64,000 bases of DNA. Origin: Actinomycetota bacterium (GTDB lineage Bacteria > Actinomycetota > UBA4738 > HRBIN12). Where the stretch lies: contig DATHTO010000090.1 of NCBI GenBank assembly GCA_035463115.1, forward strand, positions 8,126 through 72,125, given 5' to 3'. Under the pieces are notes generated by a model. That model did no database searches. It saw nothing but the letters and a program-made list of their open reading frames with translations, and had not been told where the DNA came from. Made by a program: the position numbers and the translations under genes. Numbering within the stretch: position 1 is the first letter of the stretch; each line of letters begins with the position of its first letter. Below, piece after piece: positions 1-9,815 of this stretch.

Positions 1-108
1 GACTCCGTCCTACGTCGCAGTCGTGAAGCTGTTGACATGCGGTCGGTCGGCGAACGCGCGCACGCCGCACCCGGTTGACAGCACCCGCCGCGTGATGGGG
101 GCGGCGCC

Positions 109-1323
109 ATGAGCACCCTCGCGGTGGAGTACTTCCGCAGCGCGCCGCGGTACCTCGGCGCCCGAACCCTCGGCAAGCGCATGCCCGGGCTCGTCTCCGG
201 GCCGCTGGCCGCGCTGCGGCTGGCGACGCTCAAGGATCCGGAGCTCCCCGATCGGCCGGGATGGGCGCGTGTGAAGACGCACCTCGCGGGGATCTGCGGA
301 TCGGATCTCTCCACGATCGCCGGCACGAACTCGTTCTACTTCTCGCCGCTCGTGTCGCTTCCGTTCGTGCCGGGGCACGAGGTCGTCGGTGAGCTCCTCG
401 ACGACTGCGAGGACCTTCCGGCGGGCACGCGCGTGGTGCTGTCGAGCGTGCTCGCGTGCGCCGCCCGTGGCGAGGACCCTCCGTGTGAGAACTGCGCCAC
501 CGGCAAGACGAACCGATGCGACCGGGTCACGGTCGGCCACCTGAAGCCGGGCCTCCAGACCGGCTACTGCAACGAGACCGGTGGTGGATGGAGCCGCGCC
601 TTCCTCGCGCACCGATCGCAGCTGTTCCCCGTGCCGGATGCGATGACGCCGAAGCAGGCGGTCCTGATCGAGCCGTTCGCGTGCGCGATCCATGCCGCGC
701 TCCGCGCCGACATCGGCAAGGGGGATCGGGTCCTCGTCGTCGGCGCCGGCACGGTGGGGATCTTGACGCTGATCGCGATCAAGCTCTTCACGTCCGCGGG
801 CCGCGTGACCGTCGCCGCGAAACACCAGCGACAACGCGCGGCGGCCTCGATGGCGGGTGCCGACGACGTCATCCGCCCGGAGCACGCGACCAAGGCGATC
901 CGCCGAGACGCCCGCGCGGTCAAGCTCACGCCCGAGCGCGGCCAGGAATTCCTGCTCGGCGGGGTCGACGTGGCGATCGAATCGACCGGATCCAGGCGCG
1001 GGCTGGATCAGGCCCTCCGCGCCACCCGCGCGGGCGGGCGCGTCGTGCTCGCCGGGATCCCCGACGGCGCCGACCTGACGCCCGTGTGGTTCCGCGAGCT
1101 CGAGCTCGTGGGCGCGTACGCCGCCGCGGGCGACGAGACGCTGGCGACGGGCGAGACGAAGCCGACGTTCGAGATCGCGATCGACGCGGCGGCGAACCTT
1201 CCGATCCTCGAGCAGCTGGTGGGAGCGACGTATCCGCTCGACCGGTGGCGCGAGGCGATCGATCACGCGATGGCGGCCGGCACGCTCGGGACCTTCCGGG
1301 TCGCCTTCGCGCCACAGGAGTAG
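109..1323 (+). CDS. Zn-dependent alcohol/polyol dehydrogenase (medium-chain dehydrogenase/reductase family)
   Basis: 404 aa ORF. GHEVVGE zinc-ligand motif and GAGTVG Rossmann dinucleotide motif. High GC3. Confidence 0.85.
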   Translation: MSTLAVEYFRSAPRYLGARTLGKRMPGLVSGPLAALRLATLKDPELPDRPGWARVKTHLAGICGSDLSTIAGTNSFYFSPLVSLPFVPGHEVVGELLDDCEDLPAGTRVVLSSVLACAARGEDPPCENCATGKTNRCDRVTVGHLKPGLQTGYCNETGGGWSRAFLAHRSQLFPVPDAMTPKQAVLIEPFACAIHAALRADIGKGDRVLVVGAGTVGILTLIAIKLFTSAGRVTVAAKHQRQRAAASMAGADDVIRPEHATKAIRRDARAVKLTPERGQEFLLGGVDVAIESTGSRRGLDQALRATRAGGRVVLAGIPDGADLTPVWFRELELVGAYAAAGDETLATGETKPTFEIAIDAAANLPILEQLVGATYPLDRWREAIDHAMAAGTLGTFRVAFAPQE

Positions 1324-1362
1324 CCGAGACCGACCGCTCACCGACGAGGAGACATCGACCCC

Positions 1363-2952
1363 ATGCCGCGACCAGGATTCGTGCTCGACGTCGACGAGCG
1401 CACGCCGCCGTTGCTCGTGAACCAGGGCGAGGGCTTCCGCATGCAGACGTTCCCGCTCGGCACGCGCGTGATCTATCCGCCTGATCCGCTCCCCGGCGTG
1501 GGCGACGTCAACGCCGAGATCCGCAACGCCCTGCTGCATCCGCTCGGGGACGCCGAGCCGCTGCCCGAGCTCCTGTTCCCCGGCATGAAGCTGACGATCG
1601 CGATCGACGACATCTCCATCCCGCTGCCGCCGATGACGACCCCCGACGTCCGCCAGCGGATCCTCGAGCACGTGATCGAGATGGCGGCGCGCGCCGGCGT
1701 CGACGACGTCGAGCTGATCGTCGCGACCGCGCTCCATCGCCGGATGACCGCCCGGGAGATCCGTCGGATGGTCGGCGAACGGGTGTTCCGCTCGTTCTGG
1801 CCGGACCGCCTCTCGAACTTCGACGCCGAGGACAGGGACGCGCTCACCGACTTCGGAACCACCGACGAGGGCGAGGAGGTCGAGATCTCGAAGCGGGCGG
1901 CCGAGTCGGACCTGGTCGTCTACGTGAACATCAACCTCGTCGCGATGGACGGTGGCCACAAGTCGGTCGCGATCGGCCTGGCGAGCTACCGATCGCTCCG
2001 CCACCACCACAACGTCCACACGATGCTGCACTCGAAGTCGTACATGGATCCGCGCGAGGGACGCAGCGCGATCAACGACTCGAGCGTCCGGATGGGGCGC
2101 AAGCTCGCCGCCGACGGCGTGAAGGTGTTCCAGATCGAGACCACGCTCAACAGCGAGACGTTCCCGGCGAACATGGGCTTCCTGAACAAGCGCGAGTGGG
2201 AGTGGTCCGTCGGCGACCAGGCGCTGATGATGGCCGCGAAGAAGGCGAACGACATGGCGCCGCCGCGCGTCCGGCGGGAGTTCTTCCGAGGGATCGAAGC
2301 TCCCTACAAGGTCACCGGGGTGAACGGCGGCGAGGTCGAGGCGGTGCACGCGCGGACGCTCGAGAACCTCCACCGCCAGCAGCTCGTCGAGGTGCAGGGC
2401 CAGAGCGACATCGCGATCTTCGGGATCCCCTACCTCGGTCCGTACAACGTGAACTCGATCCTCAACCCGATCCTCGTGCACTGCCTCGGGCTCGGCTACC
2501 TGTTCAACATGTACCGGAACGCGCCGATCGTGAAGCAGGGCGGCGTCGCGATCCTCTTCCATCCCGTGCCGTGGGAGTTCCATCAGATCCATCACCCGTC
2601 CTACATCGACTTCTTCGAGGAGGTCCTCGCCGAGACGACGGACCCGAAGACGATCGAGACGAAGTTCGAGGAGCGTTACGCGACGGACCCCTGGTACGTC
2701 CACCTGTACCGGACGTCGCACGCGTACCACGGCGTGCATCCCTTCTACATGTGGTACTGGGGCGCGCACGGCCGCGACCACGTGAACGACGTCATCTTCG
2801 TCGGCGGTGAGCCGAAGTCGGTCGCACGACTCGGGTACCGCCGCGCGGATTCGCTCCGCGACGCGCTGGAGATGGCGAAGGACACGGTGGGCTCGTCACC
2901 GTCGATCACGTACTTCCATGCGCCGCCGATCATGATCGCGGACGTCCGATGA
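1363..2952 (+). CDS. LarA-like / DUF2088 domain protein (putative nickel-dependent racemase family)
   Basis: 529 aa ORF starting 40 nt after the dehydrogenase. The N-terminal segment KLTIAIDDISIPLPP resembles the DUF2088/LarA N-terminal signature. The family call is from memory only; the CDS itself is well supported by GC3 bias and length. Confidence 0.6.
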   Translation: MPRPGFVLDVDERTPPLLVNQGEGFRMQTFPLGTRVIYPPDPLPGVGDVNAEIRNALLHPLGDAEPLPELLFPGMKLTIAIDDISIPLPPMTTPDVRQRILEHVIEMAARAGVDDVELIVATALHRRMTAREIRRMVGERVFRSFWPDRLSNFDAEDRDALTDFGTTDEGEEVEISKRAAESDLVVYVNINLVAMDGGHKSVAIGLASYRSLRHHHNVHTMLHSKSYMDPREGRSAINDSSVRMGRKLAADGVKVFQIETTLNSETFPANMGFLNKREWEWSVGDQALMMAAKKANDMAPPRVRREFFRGIEAPYKVTGVNGGEVEAVHARTLENLHRQQLVEVQGQSDIAIFGIPYLGPYNVNSILNPILVHCLGLGYLFNMYRNAPIVKQGGVAILFHPVPWEFHQIHHPSYIDFFEEVLAETTDPKTIETKFEERYATDPWYVHLYRTSHAYHGVHPFYMWYWGAHGRDHVNDVIFVGGEPKSVARLGYRRADSLRDALEMAKDTVGSSPSITYFHAPPIMIADVR

Positions 2953-2971
2953 GCCGCAGGAGCGACCACCG

Positions 2972-3883
2972 ATGAGCCTTCGTGAAGAGCTGAAGGTGAT
3001 GAGGGACGGGTTCCGCTGGGGTCGCCGCACGATCGTGCCCCGCTCGGCCGAGCCGTTCGTCGAGGAGGCCGACGACGAGGGGTTCCCGACCGACTGGGCG
3101 CGCACGAGGGCCGGAACCGCCGTCCGCCAGGCGATCCTGCAGACGGGGATGGGGCCGCTCGTGCGGAGCCAGGTCGCGCTCCGCGTCTACGGGCTCGAGG
3201 CGCTCGACGACGTCGAGGGGCCGGTGATCTTCTTCTCGAACCACGGGAGCCATCTCGACGCGACGCTGATCATGACGGCGCTCCCCGAGCGGTGGCAGCG
3301 CAAGACCGCGGTCGGCGCCGCGCGCGACTACTTCTTCGACGTGTGGTGGCGGCAGGCCTTCACGGCGCTCGTCTACGGCGGCTTCGCGATCGACCGAGCG
3401 AGAGGAGGCACGGGCGCGATCGACAAGGCGCGAGAGCTCGTCCGCGACGGATGGTCGCTCGTGCTGTTCCCAGAGGGCACGCGCTCGCCGGACGGACACC
3501 TGCAGCGGTTCCGTCACGGCGCGTCCCGGCTCGCGCTCGAGCTCGGCGTGGGCGTCGCGCCCATCGCGATCGTCGGCGCGTACCAGGCGATGCCGAAGGG
3601 CAAGCTCTGGCCACGCCCAGGACGTCCTCCGGTGACGATGCGGTTCGGGAACGTCTTGTATCCGCACGAGGGGGAGACCCATCAGTCGCTGTCGATCCGG
3701 ATGCAGCAGGCGGTCTCGGAGCTCTTCGACGAGGATCGCACCACGTGGTTCGAAGCGGTGTCGCGGTCGGCGCGGAACGAGACCCCCTCGATCGCGGGCC
3801 CCCTCGGTGCGGCGCCGTGGCGCCGGACGTGGGAGGGGACGCGGCCCGTTCCGCGCCGTGGCCGTCCTTCGATCTGGGAGTAG
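2972..3883 (+). CDS. lysophospholipid (1-acyl-sn-glycerol-3-phosphate) acyltransferase family protein
   Basis: 303 aa. H(X4)D acyltransferase motif NHGSHLD and FPEGTRS motif. Confidence 0.8.
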   Translation: MSLREELKVMRDGFRWGRRTIVPRSAEPFVEEADDEGFPTDWARTRAGTAVRQAILQTGMGPLVRSQVALRVYGLEALDDVEGPVIFFSNHGSHLDATLIMTALPERWQRKTAVGAARDYFFDVWWRQAFTALVYGGFAIDRARGGTGAIDKARELVRDGWSLVLFPEGTRSPDGHLQRFRHGASRLALELGVGVAPIAIVGAYQAMPKGKLWPRPGRPPVTMRFGNVLYPHEGETHQSLSIRMQQAVSELFDEDRTTWFEAVSRSARNETPSIAGPLGAAPWRRTWEGTRPVPRRGRPSIWE

Positions 3884-3887
3884 GGCG

Positions 3888-4499
3888 ATGCCTCGCGGCG
3901 GCGGCGAACAGCGACGGTCGACGCTGGTCGAGGAGGCGATCCGCCAGATCGGGCGCGAGGGCTACAAGGGAGCGTCGCTCGACTCGATCGCCTCGGCGGT
4001 CGGCGTGCGGAAGCAGACGCTCCTGTACTACTTCGCGTCGAAGGACGCGCTGCTCGAGGCGTGCCTCGCCGCCGCCGGCGAGCGCCTCGCGGCCGACCTC
4101 TCGGGAGCGCTGGAAGGGAAGGACTCGTACTGGGAGAAGGCGGAGGCGGTGATCCATGCCGTGTTCGCGCTCGCCACGGAATGGCCCGAGTTCCCGATGT
4201 TCGTCCGCGAGGCGGGGCGGCTCGGCCCCGATGCCTTCGACCGGTTCGCGGCGGTGATCGACCCGCTGCGCGCTCGAGCCGTGGGGTTCCTGCAGAGCGG
4301 CATGGACGCCGGCGAGATCCGGAAGCAGGACCCGGCGCTGCTGCTGTTCACCTTGTACACGGCCGTGGTCGGCGCGCTGACCGAGGCGAGCGTGCTGCAT
4401 GCCGTGATGGGCGGCGACGAGTCGCGGGCTTCGCTCCGTCGACGGGAGGTCGAGACGCTCGCGTTCGTTCGAGCCGCGTTGCGGCCTCCGCAGGACTGA
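3888..4499 (+). CDS. TetR/AcrR family transcriptional regulator
   Basis: In-frame ATG at 3888 inside ORF 3807..4499, just after the stop of the acyltransferase. N-terminal HTH SLDSIASAVGVRKQTLLYYFASKDALL. Confidence 0.85.
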   Translation: MPRGGGEQRRSTLVEEAIRQIGREGYKGASLDSIASAVGVRKQTLLYYFASKDALLEACLAAAGERLAADLSGALEGKDSYWEKAEAVIHAVFALATEWPEFPMFVREAGRLGPDAFDRFAAVIDPLRARAVGFLQSGMDAGEIRKQDPALLLFTLYTAVVGALTEASVLHAVMGGDESRASLRRREVETLAFVRAALRPPQD

Positions 4500-4511
4500 G
4501 GGCGCCGAGAA

Positions 4512-4546
4512 CGGCGGAGGCGCGCACCCTGGTGCGACGTCCGCCG
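4512..4546. terminator. imperfect GC-rich hairpin between convergent TetR and rpsD genes
   Basis: CGGCGGA (4512-4518) pairs with TCCGCCG (4540-4546), with an inner CGCAC/GTGCG stem. No clear U-tract. Confidence 0.3.
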
Positions 4547-4560
4547 CCGACAGGGGGACG

Positions 4561-5163
4561 CTACGAGTAGAACTCGACGACGAGGCGTTCCTCGACGTCG
4601 ACGGGGAGCGGGATCTCGCCGCGCTCGGGGTACCGCGTGAGCGTCCCGGAAACCTCGTCCTTGTTCCGGTACAGGTACGTGGGCGGCTCGGGCGTCACCT
4701 CGAGCGCCTCCCGGACGGAGATGAAGTTCCGCGCCTTCGGGGTCAGCTCGATCGTCGCGCCCTGAGGGACCTGCGCGCTCGGGACGTTCAGCTTGCGACC
4801 GTTCACCAGCACGTGGCTGTGCGAGACGAGCTGACGAGCCTGTCGCACCGTCTGCGCGAGGCCGAGGCGAAGGATCACCGTGTCCAGGCGCGTCTCGAGC
4901 TGCCGGATCATCTCCTCACCGGTGACGCCACGGTGCCGGGCGGCTTCGTCGTAGTAGCCCCGCATCTGCGTCTCGTTCACGCCGTAGATCGCTCGGAGCT
5001 TCTGCTTCTCGACGAGCCGCGTCTGGTATTCGGAGATGCGCTTGCGGCCGCGTCCGTGTTGACCGGGCGGATAGGGTCGCTTGTTCGACGGACAGTTGGG
5101 ACGCCCGCAGAGGGGCGCGCCGACGCGGCGACACATACGGTGTTTGGGGCCGAGCTTCTCCAT
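4561..5163 (-). CDS. rpsD: 30S ribosomal protein S4
   Basis: 200 aa. N-terminus MEKLGPKHRMCRRVG...QHGRGRKRISEYQTRLVEKQKLRAIYG and S4 RNA-binding domain. Unmistakable S4. Confidence 0.95.
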   Translation of the reverse strand: MEKLGPKHRMCRRVGAPLCGRPNCPSNKRPYPPGQHGRGRKRISEYQTRLVEKQKLRAIYGVNETQMRGYYDEAARHRGVTGEEMIRQLETRLDTVILRLGLAQTVRQARQLVSHSHVLVNGRKLNVPSAQVPQGATIELTPKARNFISVREALEVTPEPPTYLYRNKDEVSGTLTRYPERGEIPLPVDVEERLVVEFYS

Positions 5164-5237
5164 GTGCGGTCGGCAAGCCTACCAGAGCTTCCATTGGCCG
5201 GACCTGCGGCGATGCGCCCCCGCGCCCGCCCACCAGC

Positions 5238-5609
5238 CTAGCCGAGCCCTCCGATCGCGACGGCCGTCACCGCCATGACCGCTGCGGAGCAGACGCCGAG
5301 GACGATCGCCATCCACCGACGCGTCCGTGGCCGCACGAACCACGGGCCCGACCAGGCGATCGCGAGGCCGCCGCCGACGACGATCCACCAGCGTGCCGGC
5401 TCGACGTCGGCGAACCCGGGTCGGTCGAGGTCCCTCGCGATCAGGGCGAGCGCGATCGCCCCCGCGACGAGACCGACAACGAGGAACGCGAGGCCGACGG
5501 CCGGATATCGCTCCCGACGCTCGCCGGCCGTCTCCGGGGGTTCCTCTCGCCGGTCGGCGCGCGTCGGCGACGGTTCCCGTGGGTCCGACGACCACGAGTC
5601 GCTCACCAT
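5238..5609 (-). CDS. small membrane protein, unknown function
   Basis: In-frame ATG 5609 within the spurious 481 aa ORF. 123 aa with a charged N-terminus and three hydrophobic segments (AVGLAFLVVGLVAGAIALALI, WWIVVGGGLAIAW, MAIVLGVCSAAVMAVTAVAIGG). Confidence 0.5.
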   Translation of the reverse strand: MVSDSWSSDPREPSPTRADRREEPPETAGERRERYPAVGLAFLVVGLVAGAIALALIARDLDRPGFADVEPARWWIVVGGGLAIAWSGPWFVRPRTRRWMAIVLGVCSAAVMAVTAVAIGGLG

Positions 5610-5642
5610 CCGAGCATCGCATGGCGCCCGTAGGATGCGCGC

Positions 5643-6563
5643 ATGCACGTCCGCGACCGGGCGGCCGGCGCGATCGTCGGGCTCGCGCTCGGGGACGCCC
5701 TCGGGGCGCCGTTCGAGTTCCGCCGGGCGGCCGACATCCCGGATCCGGTGCCGGCGTTCACGCTGCGGTGGATGGGTCGGCCGCCCGGATCGTGGACCGA
5801 CGACACCGCGATGGCGCGGAACCTCTGGTGCTCGCTGCTCGACCGATCGGGGACGCTCGACACCGCCGACGTCTTGAGGCGCCACCTCGACTGGCTGGCC
5901 TCGGATCCGCCCGACGTCGGGAACCAGACGCGGCTCGCGCTGCGCGCGGCCGCCGACGGAACATCCGACGCCGCACGCGTCGTGTTCGAGCGTCGTGGCC
6001 CGGAGGTGAGCGCCGGCAACGGGTCGGTGATGTACTGCGCGCCGCTGGGTGTCGTACGAGCGTTCCACCCGGAGCGTCTCCTCGACGAGGCCGTGGCGCT
6101 GTCGCGGATCACGCACTGGGACGGACGCTGCGCGACCGCATGCGGGGCCATCACCCTCGCCGTTGCCGCGCTCGTCCGGGGAGAGCCGCCCGAACCCGCC
6201 GTCCTCGCAGCCGTCGGGGCGGTCGCCGAGGCCGAGGGCGGTGAGGAGCTCGAGTACCTCGTCGGTGCGGCCGGGCGGTCGCGCCCCGTCGACGGCCCCG
6301 ACATGGGATTCACCCTCTTCACGGCGGCGGTGGCCTTGCGCACGGTCGTCGAAGCGTCGGACGCCGCCACCGGCATGCTCGACGTCGTGCGCCTCGGCGG
6401 CGACACCGACACGAACGCGGCGGTCGCCGGTGCGCTGCTCGGAGCCCGTGACGGGCTCGGATCGTTGCCTCCGACGTGGCGCGATCGTCTCGCCGACGGC
6501 GCCGAGATCGAGCGCGAGGCCATGGCGCTCGCCGGCCTCGCGGGCGCCATGCAGCCGCGCTAG
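5643..6563 (+). CDS. ADP-ribosylglycohydrolase family protein
   Basis: 306 aa. GLALGDALGAPFEF, WTDDTAM and GGDTDTNAAVAGALLGA motifs of the DraG/ARH family. Confidence 0.85.
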   Translation: MHVRDRAAGAIVGLALGDALGAPFEFRRAADIPDPVPAFTLRWMGRPPGSWTDDTAMARNLWCSLLDRSGTLDTADVLRRHLDWLASDPPDVGNQTRLALRAAADGTSDAARVVFERRGPEVSAGNGSVMYCAPLGVVRAFHPERLLDEAVALSRITHWDGRCATACGAITLAVAALVRGEPPEPAVLAAVGAVAEAEGGEELEYLVGAAGRSRPVDGPDMGFTLFTAAVALRTVVEASDAATGMLDVVRLGGDTDTNAAVAGALLGARDGLGSLPPTWRDRLADGAEIEREAMALAGLAGAMQPR

Positions 6564-6573
6564 GCTCGGTCTC

Positions 6574-6777
6574 GTGACGCCCGACGAGATCTTCGAGCTC
6601 ATCGTGAAGGCCGACGAGCGGCTGAAGTACGCGAGCGACGCGAACGCCGACCAACGGCGCCGACAGGCGCGGGAGCTGCTCACACGCGCCCGGGAGGCCG
6701 CTCGCGAGATCGGGAACGACGGTCTCGCGTCGCAGGCCCAGACGCGCCTCGCCGACCTCGACCCGGCGTCGGGCTGA
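6574..6777 (+). CDS. small hypothetical protein (67 aa)
   Basis: GTG 6574, 8 nt after the previous stop. Strong GC3 bias. Helical charged sequence. No family recognised. Confidence 0.45.
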   Translation: MTPDEIFELIVKADERLKYASDANADQRRRQARELLTRAREAAREIGNDGLASQAQTRLADLDPASG

Positions 6778-6787
6778 CCGTTCGACG

Positions 6788-8419
6788 CTAGTCGGCGCCG
6801 ATCGCGGCGCGCCGATCACCGCGGTGGACGATCAGGCCCCGGCCCATCGTGTCCGCCCACAGCCGCTCGAGGGACGCGTGTGGCACCGTGGAGCCCGGAG
6901 GCAGACGGGTCGGCAGCACCAGCGCACGGACGGTGTGCGTCAGCGCTGTGTCGAGGTCGGCCGCGAGCCTCGCGAGATCGTCGGAGCCGATCGGCGCTCG
7001 GATCTCGAGCGCCACGACGTCTCCCTCGCGACGGATCGACCACCGTGCGTCCAGCGGCGGACGCTCGGGCCAGGAGCCGAGCCCCGGCAGGTACGCGGGC
7101 AGCGACCGCGCGACGTCGGCGGACCCGTCCTCGGGAGCCGGTGCCCCCGCGTCCGAGGCAGGGCGCAAGATGAACGCCGCCGCGACGCCCGTGAGGGTGA
7201 ACGCGATCCCGATCCACCGCATCGAGGCCGTGGCGGGCAGACGCCCGAACACGGCGGCGGCGGCCGCCACGCCCACGAAGTAGGCCCCCTCCTGGGCGGC
7301 CTCGATCGTCGAGATCACCCGGCCGCGGAAGGCGTCGAGCGTGCGCTCTTGGAGCAGGCTCTCGTAGGACACGTTGGTGATGCCGCACATGGCGCCGGCG
7401 ACCACCCACAGCCCCGCGATGGCGACGACGGACGTGCTCCGGCTGCCGTACGCGACGCAGGCGCCGGCGATCGCGATCACGACCGGCATCACCCGCTCGC
7501 GCGGGAGCGATCGGATCAGCCACGGCGTCGCGAAGCAGCCAGCGAGCATGCCGGCGCCCCACGTCGTCGTGAGCAGCGCGAGGACGCCCGCGCGTGCCGC
7601 GCTCTGGCTGACGCCGGGCACCACGACGTCCCGCACGAACACCACCTGGATCGTCGCCTGCGCGCCCGCCACGGCGACGACGAGGCACATCACCGTCATG
7701 ATCCCGATCGCGAGCCGTGAACGACGGAGATGACGCGCGCCCTCGACGAGGTCGCGCGCGAGCACCCTCGGCGTCGCGCGACCTCCCGGGTCGTCGCGGC
7801 GGACGGCGATCGTCGTCCGGGCGATGACGTAGGCCGACACCGCGAACGACGCCGCGTTCATGGCGAACCCACCGTCGACGCCGGCGACCGCGACGGCGAT
7901 CGCGCCGAGCGCGGGGCCGACCATCACGCCTGCGTAGAACGTGCCGCCGACGATCGCGTTCGCCGTGACGAGGTCGTCCCCGTCGACGACGCTCGGCAGC
8001 GATGCCGCCAGGCTCGGCTCGAAGAGCGCGGCCGCGATCCCGAGGACCGCTGCGACGGCGACGACGTGCGCCTCCGGAACGGGGCCGAGCAACAGGCTCG
8101 CCACGGCGACGGCCCGCACGACGTCCGACAGCACCATCACCCGCTTGCGGCTGAACCGGTCCGCGATCGGGCCGGCCACGAGGAGACCGACCACGGCGGC
8201 GGTCGCCGCCTGGATGCCGAGCACCATCGCCATCGTCTTCGCGAGCGCCCCGCCGCTCATCCCGCGGGTCAAGGCGCTGGCGACCGCCACGGAGTACGCG
8301 TAGGTGCCGAGGTTGGACACCACCTGCCCGAACCACAGCAGGCGGAAGTCCCGCACCGCGAGGACGCGGGCGTACGTCGTCGATGTCCACCGCGAGCGCA
8401 GGCCGTCCGTCGCGAGCAT
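6788..8419 (-). CDS. MFS transporter with a C-terminal soluble extension of about 130 aa
   Basis: 543 aa. Twelve or so hydrophobic segments. N-terminus FRLLWFGQVVSNLGTYAY typical of EntS-like MFS. The C-terminal non-membrane tail has no recognised fold. Confidence 0.8.
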   Translation of the reverse strand: MLATDGLRSRWTSTTYARVLAVRDFRLLWFGQVVSNLGTYAYSVAVASALTRGMSGGALAKTMAMVLGIQAATAAVVGLLVAGPIADRFSRKRVMVLSDVVRAVAVASLLLGPVPEAHVVAVAAVLGIAAALFEPSLAASLPSVVDGDDLVTANAIVGGTFYAGVMVGPALGAIAVAVAGVDGGFAMNAASFAVSAYVIARTTIAVRRDDPGGRATPRVLARDLVEGARHLRRSRLAIGIMTVMCLVVAVAGAQATIQVVFVRDVVVPGVSQSAARAGVLALLTTTWGAGMLAGCFATPWLIRSLPRERVMPVVIAIAGACVAYGSRSTSVVAIAGLWVVAGAMCGITNVSYESLLQERTLDAFRGRVISTIEAAQEGAYFVGVAAAAAVFGRLPATASMRWIGIAFTLTGVAAAFILRPASDAGAPAPEDGSADVARSLPAYLPGLGSWPERPPLDARWSIRREGDVVALEIRAPIGSDDLARLAADLDTALTHTVRALVLPTRLPPGSTVPHASLERLWADTMGRGLIVHRGDRRAAIGAD

Positions 8420-8508
8420 GAGCCAGGAGGCGTGCCCGTTGCCGTCGGGAACGCTCTACGAAGGTTCGGCGTGTCGGAGCGGCGCCTGAAGCGCGCGTCG
8501 GTCGATCG

Positions 8509-9552
8509 TCAGCTCGGTCGCACGGCGCCGTACGGCCGGTCGTAGCCGTACAGGGAGTCGTACTGCACCTCGCCGCCGGGACCCGGGTGGCGTGCGTGGA
8601 TGATCTGGCCGCCGCCGATGTAGAGCGCGACGTGCGGCCCGAAGTTGCCGTAGTACACGATGTCGCCGGGTTGGATCGCGCTCAGCGACACGCGAGGCAG
8701 GGAGCCCCATTGCGCCGACGCCGAGTGCGGCAGGTAGACGCCCGCCTGCGCCCATGCCCACGACGTCAGACCCGAGCAGTCGAACCCCGAGCCGGGGCTC
8801 GCGGCGCCCCAGACGTACTGCGTGCCGACCACGGACCTGGCTGCCGAGATGGCGACCTGCGCCCCGGAGGCGTTCGGCGGTGGCGCCCAGCTTCCGCCGG
8901 TGTCGCCACCGGTGTCGCCCCCTCCGCCCGTCGACGGCGGCGGCGCGTCGACGCTCACCTCCTGCGCGGCTTCGAGCGCGGCCCGCTGGGCGGCCAGCCA
9001 GTCGTGGTACTCCTGGTTCAGGTTCGTCGCGAGGCGCTCCTGCTCTTCGAGCTTCCGGGCGATCTCCTCGCGCGCAGCCTCCATCGCCGCGACGTGTTCC
9101 TCGGCCTTTGCGACGGCGTCCTCGTGTCGGTCGCGGGCCCATTCAGCGCGCTGGCCGGCGGCTTCGGCGACGGCGGCGAGGTCGGCGTCGGACTGTGCGA
9201 TCGCGCCCATGAACTGCAACCGGTCGGAGAATTCCGAGAGGTCGTCCGCCTCGAGGACCGACGAGATCTGGGAGCCCATCCCGGTGTACGCCTCGACGGC
9301 GCGGGTCTCGAGGGCGGTGCGGGCGGTGTCGGCGTCGGCCTCGGCGGCGGCGAGCGTGCGCTTCGTCTCGTTCAGGAGCTGCTGCGCCTTCTGCAGCTCG
9401 TACTTCGCGTCGTTCCACTTCTCGATCTGGACCTCGAGTTCGTGGCCGAGCGCTTCGACCTTCGCCTGGGCGGCTTCGACGTCCTCTTCCGACGGAGCGG
9501 CCGAGACGTTCGCGGTGCCGACGACGGAGAGGGCGAGGACCGCGGCGACCAC
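8509..9552 (-). CDS. NlpC/P60 (C40) peptidoglycan endopeptidase with N-terminal coiled coil (RipA-like architecture)
   Basis: 347 aa. Catalytic block FDCSGLTSWAW...GDIVYYGNFGPHVALYIGGGQIIHA. Long Ala/Glu-rich coiled coil. The start is uncertain (see findings). Confidence 0.85.
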   Translation of the reverse strand: MVAAVLALSVVGTANVSAAPSEEDVEAAQAKVEALGHELEVQIEKWNDAKYELQKAQQLLNETKRTLAAAEADADTARTALETRAVEAYTGMGSQISSVLEADDLSEFSDRLQFMGAIAQSDADLAAVAEAAGQRAEWARDRHEDAVAKAEEHVAAMEAAREEIARKLEEQERLATNLNQEYHDWLAAQRAALEAAQEVSVDAPPPSTGGGGDTGGDTGGSWAPPPNASGAQVAISAARSVVGTQYVWGAASPGSGFDCSGLTSWAWAQAGVYLPHSASAQWGSLPRVSLSAIQPGDIVYYGNFGPHVALYIGGGQIIHARHPGPGGEVQYDSLYGYDRPYGAVRPS

Positions 9553-9647
9553 GAGCCGCCCGGTCCGTCCCGTCCTGCGTCGCCTCCTGATGGGTACCTC
9601 CCCTGCCTCGGTCCCCCCGGGACCCGCGGCGTTCCCGCCAAAACGAA

Positions 9648-9677
9648 AGCTCCGGTGGCCGGTGCCCGGTCGGAGCT
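9648..9677 (-). terminator. putative intrinsic terminator downstream of tRNA-Pro
   Basis: On the minus strand, AGCTCCG...CGGAGCT stem with an inner CCGG/CCGG pairing, followed by TTTCGTTTTGG. Confidence 0.4.
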
Positions 9678-9815
9678 GGCCAAGAGGCTAGACAGAAGAA
9701 CCGACGTCCGTCAAACACCTTCCCGAACGCATGTTCGCAGGTCAACCGATGGGCAGCGGCGTGGAGAACGCGACGAGGCGGGGCCTCGGAGGGCGCCCGC
9801 CTCGTCGACCTCGGG

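Noticed and set aside
1-108. Two TTGACA hexamers upstream of the first gene as a promoter
   Set aside because: No acceptable -10 hexamer lies at 16-19 nt spacing from either copy, so the evidence is too weak to report as a feature.
10-2781. 923-aa minus-strand ORF spanning the first two genes. Similar giants are at 15114..17825 (-), 36221..39364 (+), 41213..42778 (+), 49166..53374 (-) and 56390..58576 (-).
   Set aside because: These are Arg/Gly/Asp/Pro-rich low-complexity translations lying antisense or off-frame to genes with clear motifs. That is typical of stop-codon-poor shadow ORFs in DNA of about 70% GC. No motif was recognised in any of them.
9553-9800. Possible c-di-AMP (ydaO-type) riboswitch in front of the NlpC/P60 gene, as is common for actinobacterial cell-wall hydrolases
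   Set aside because: Reading the minus strand, I found GGCGGGAAC / GGGGGGACC / GGGGAGG blocks but not the conserved ACGGGGA ... CCGA-AGCU-ACCUCGUA-type core that I remember. Part of the region is better explained as the tRNA-Pro terminator. Only a cmscan could settle it.
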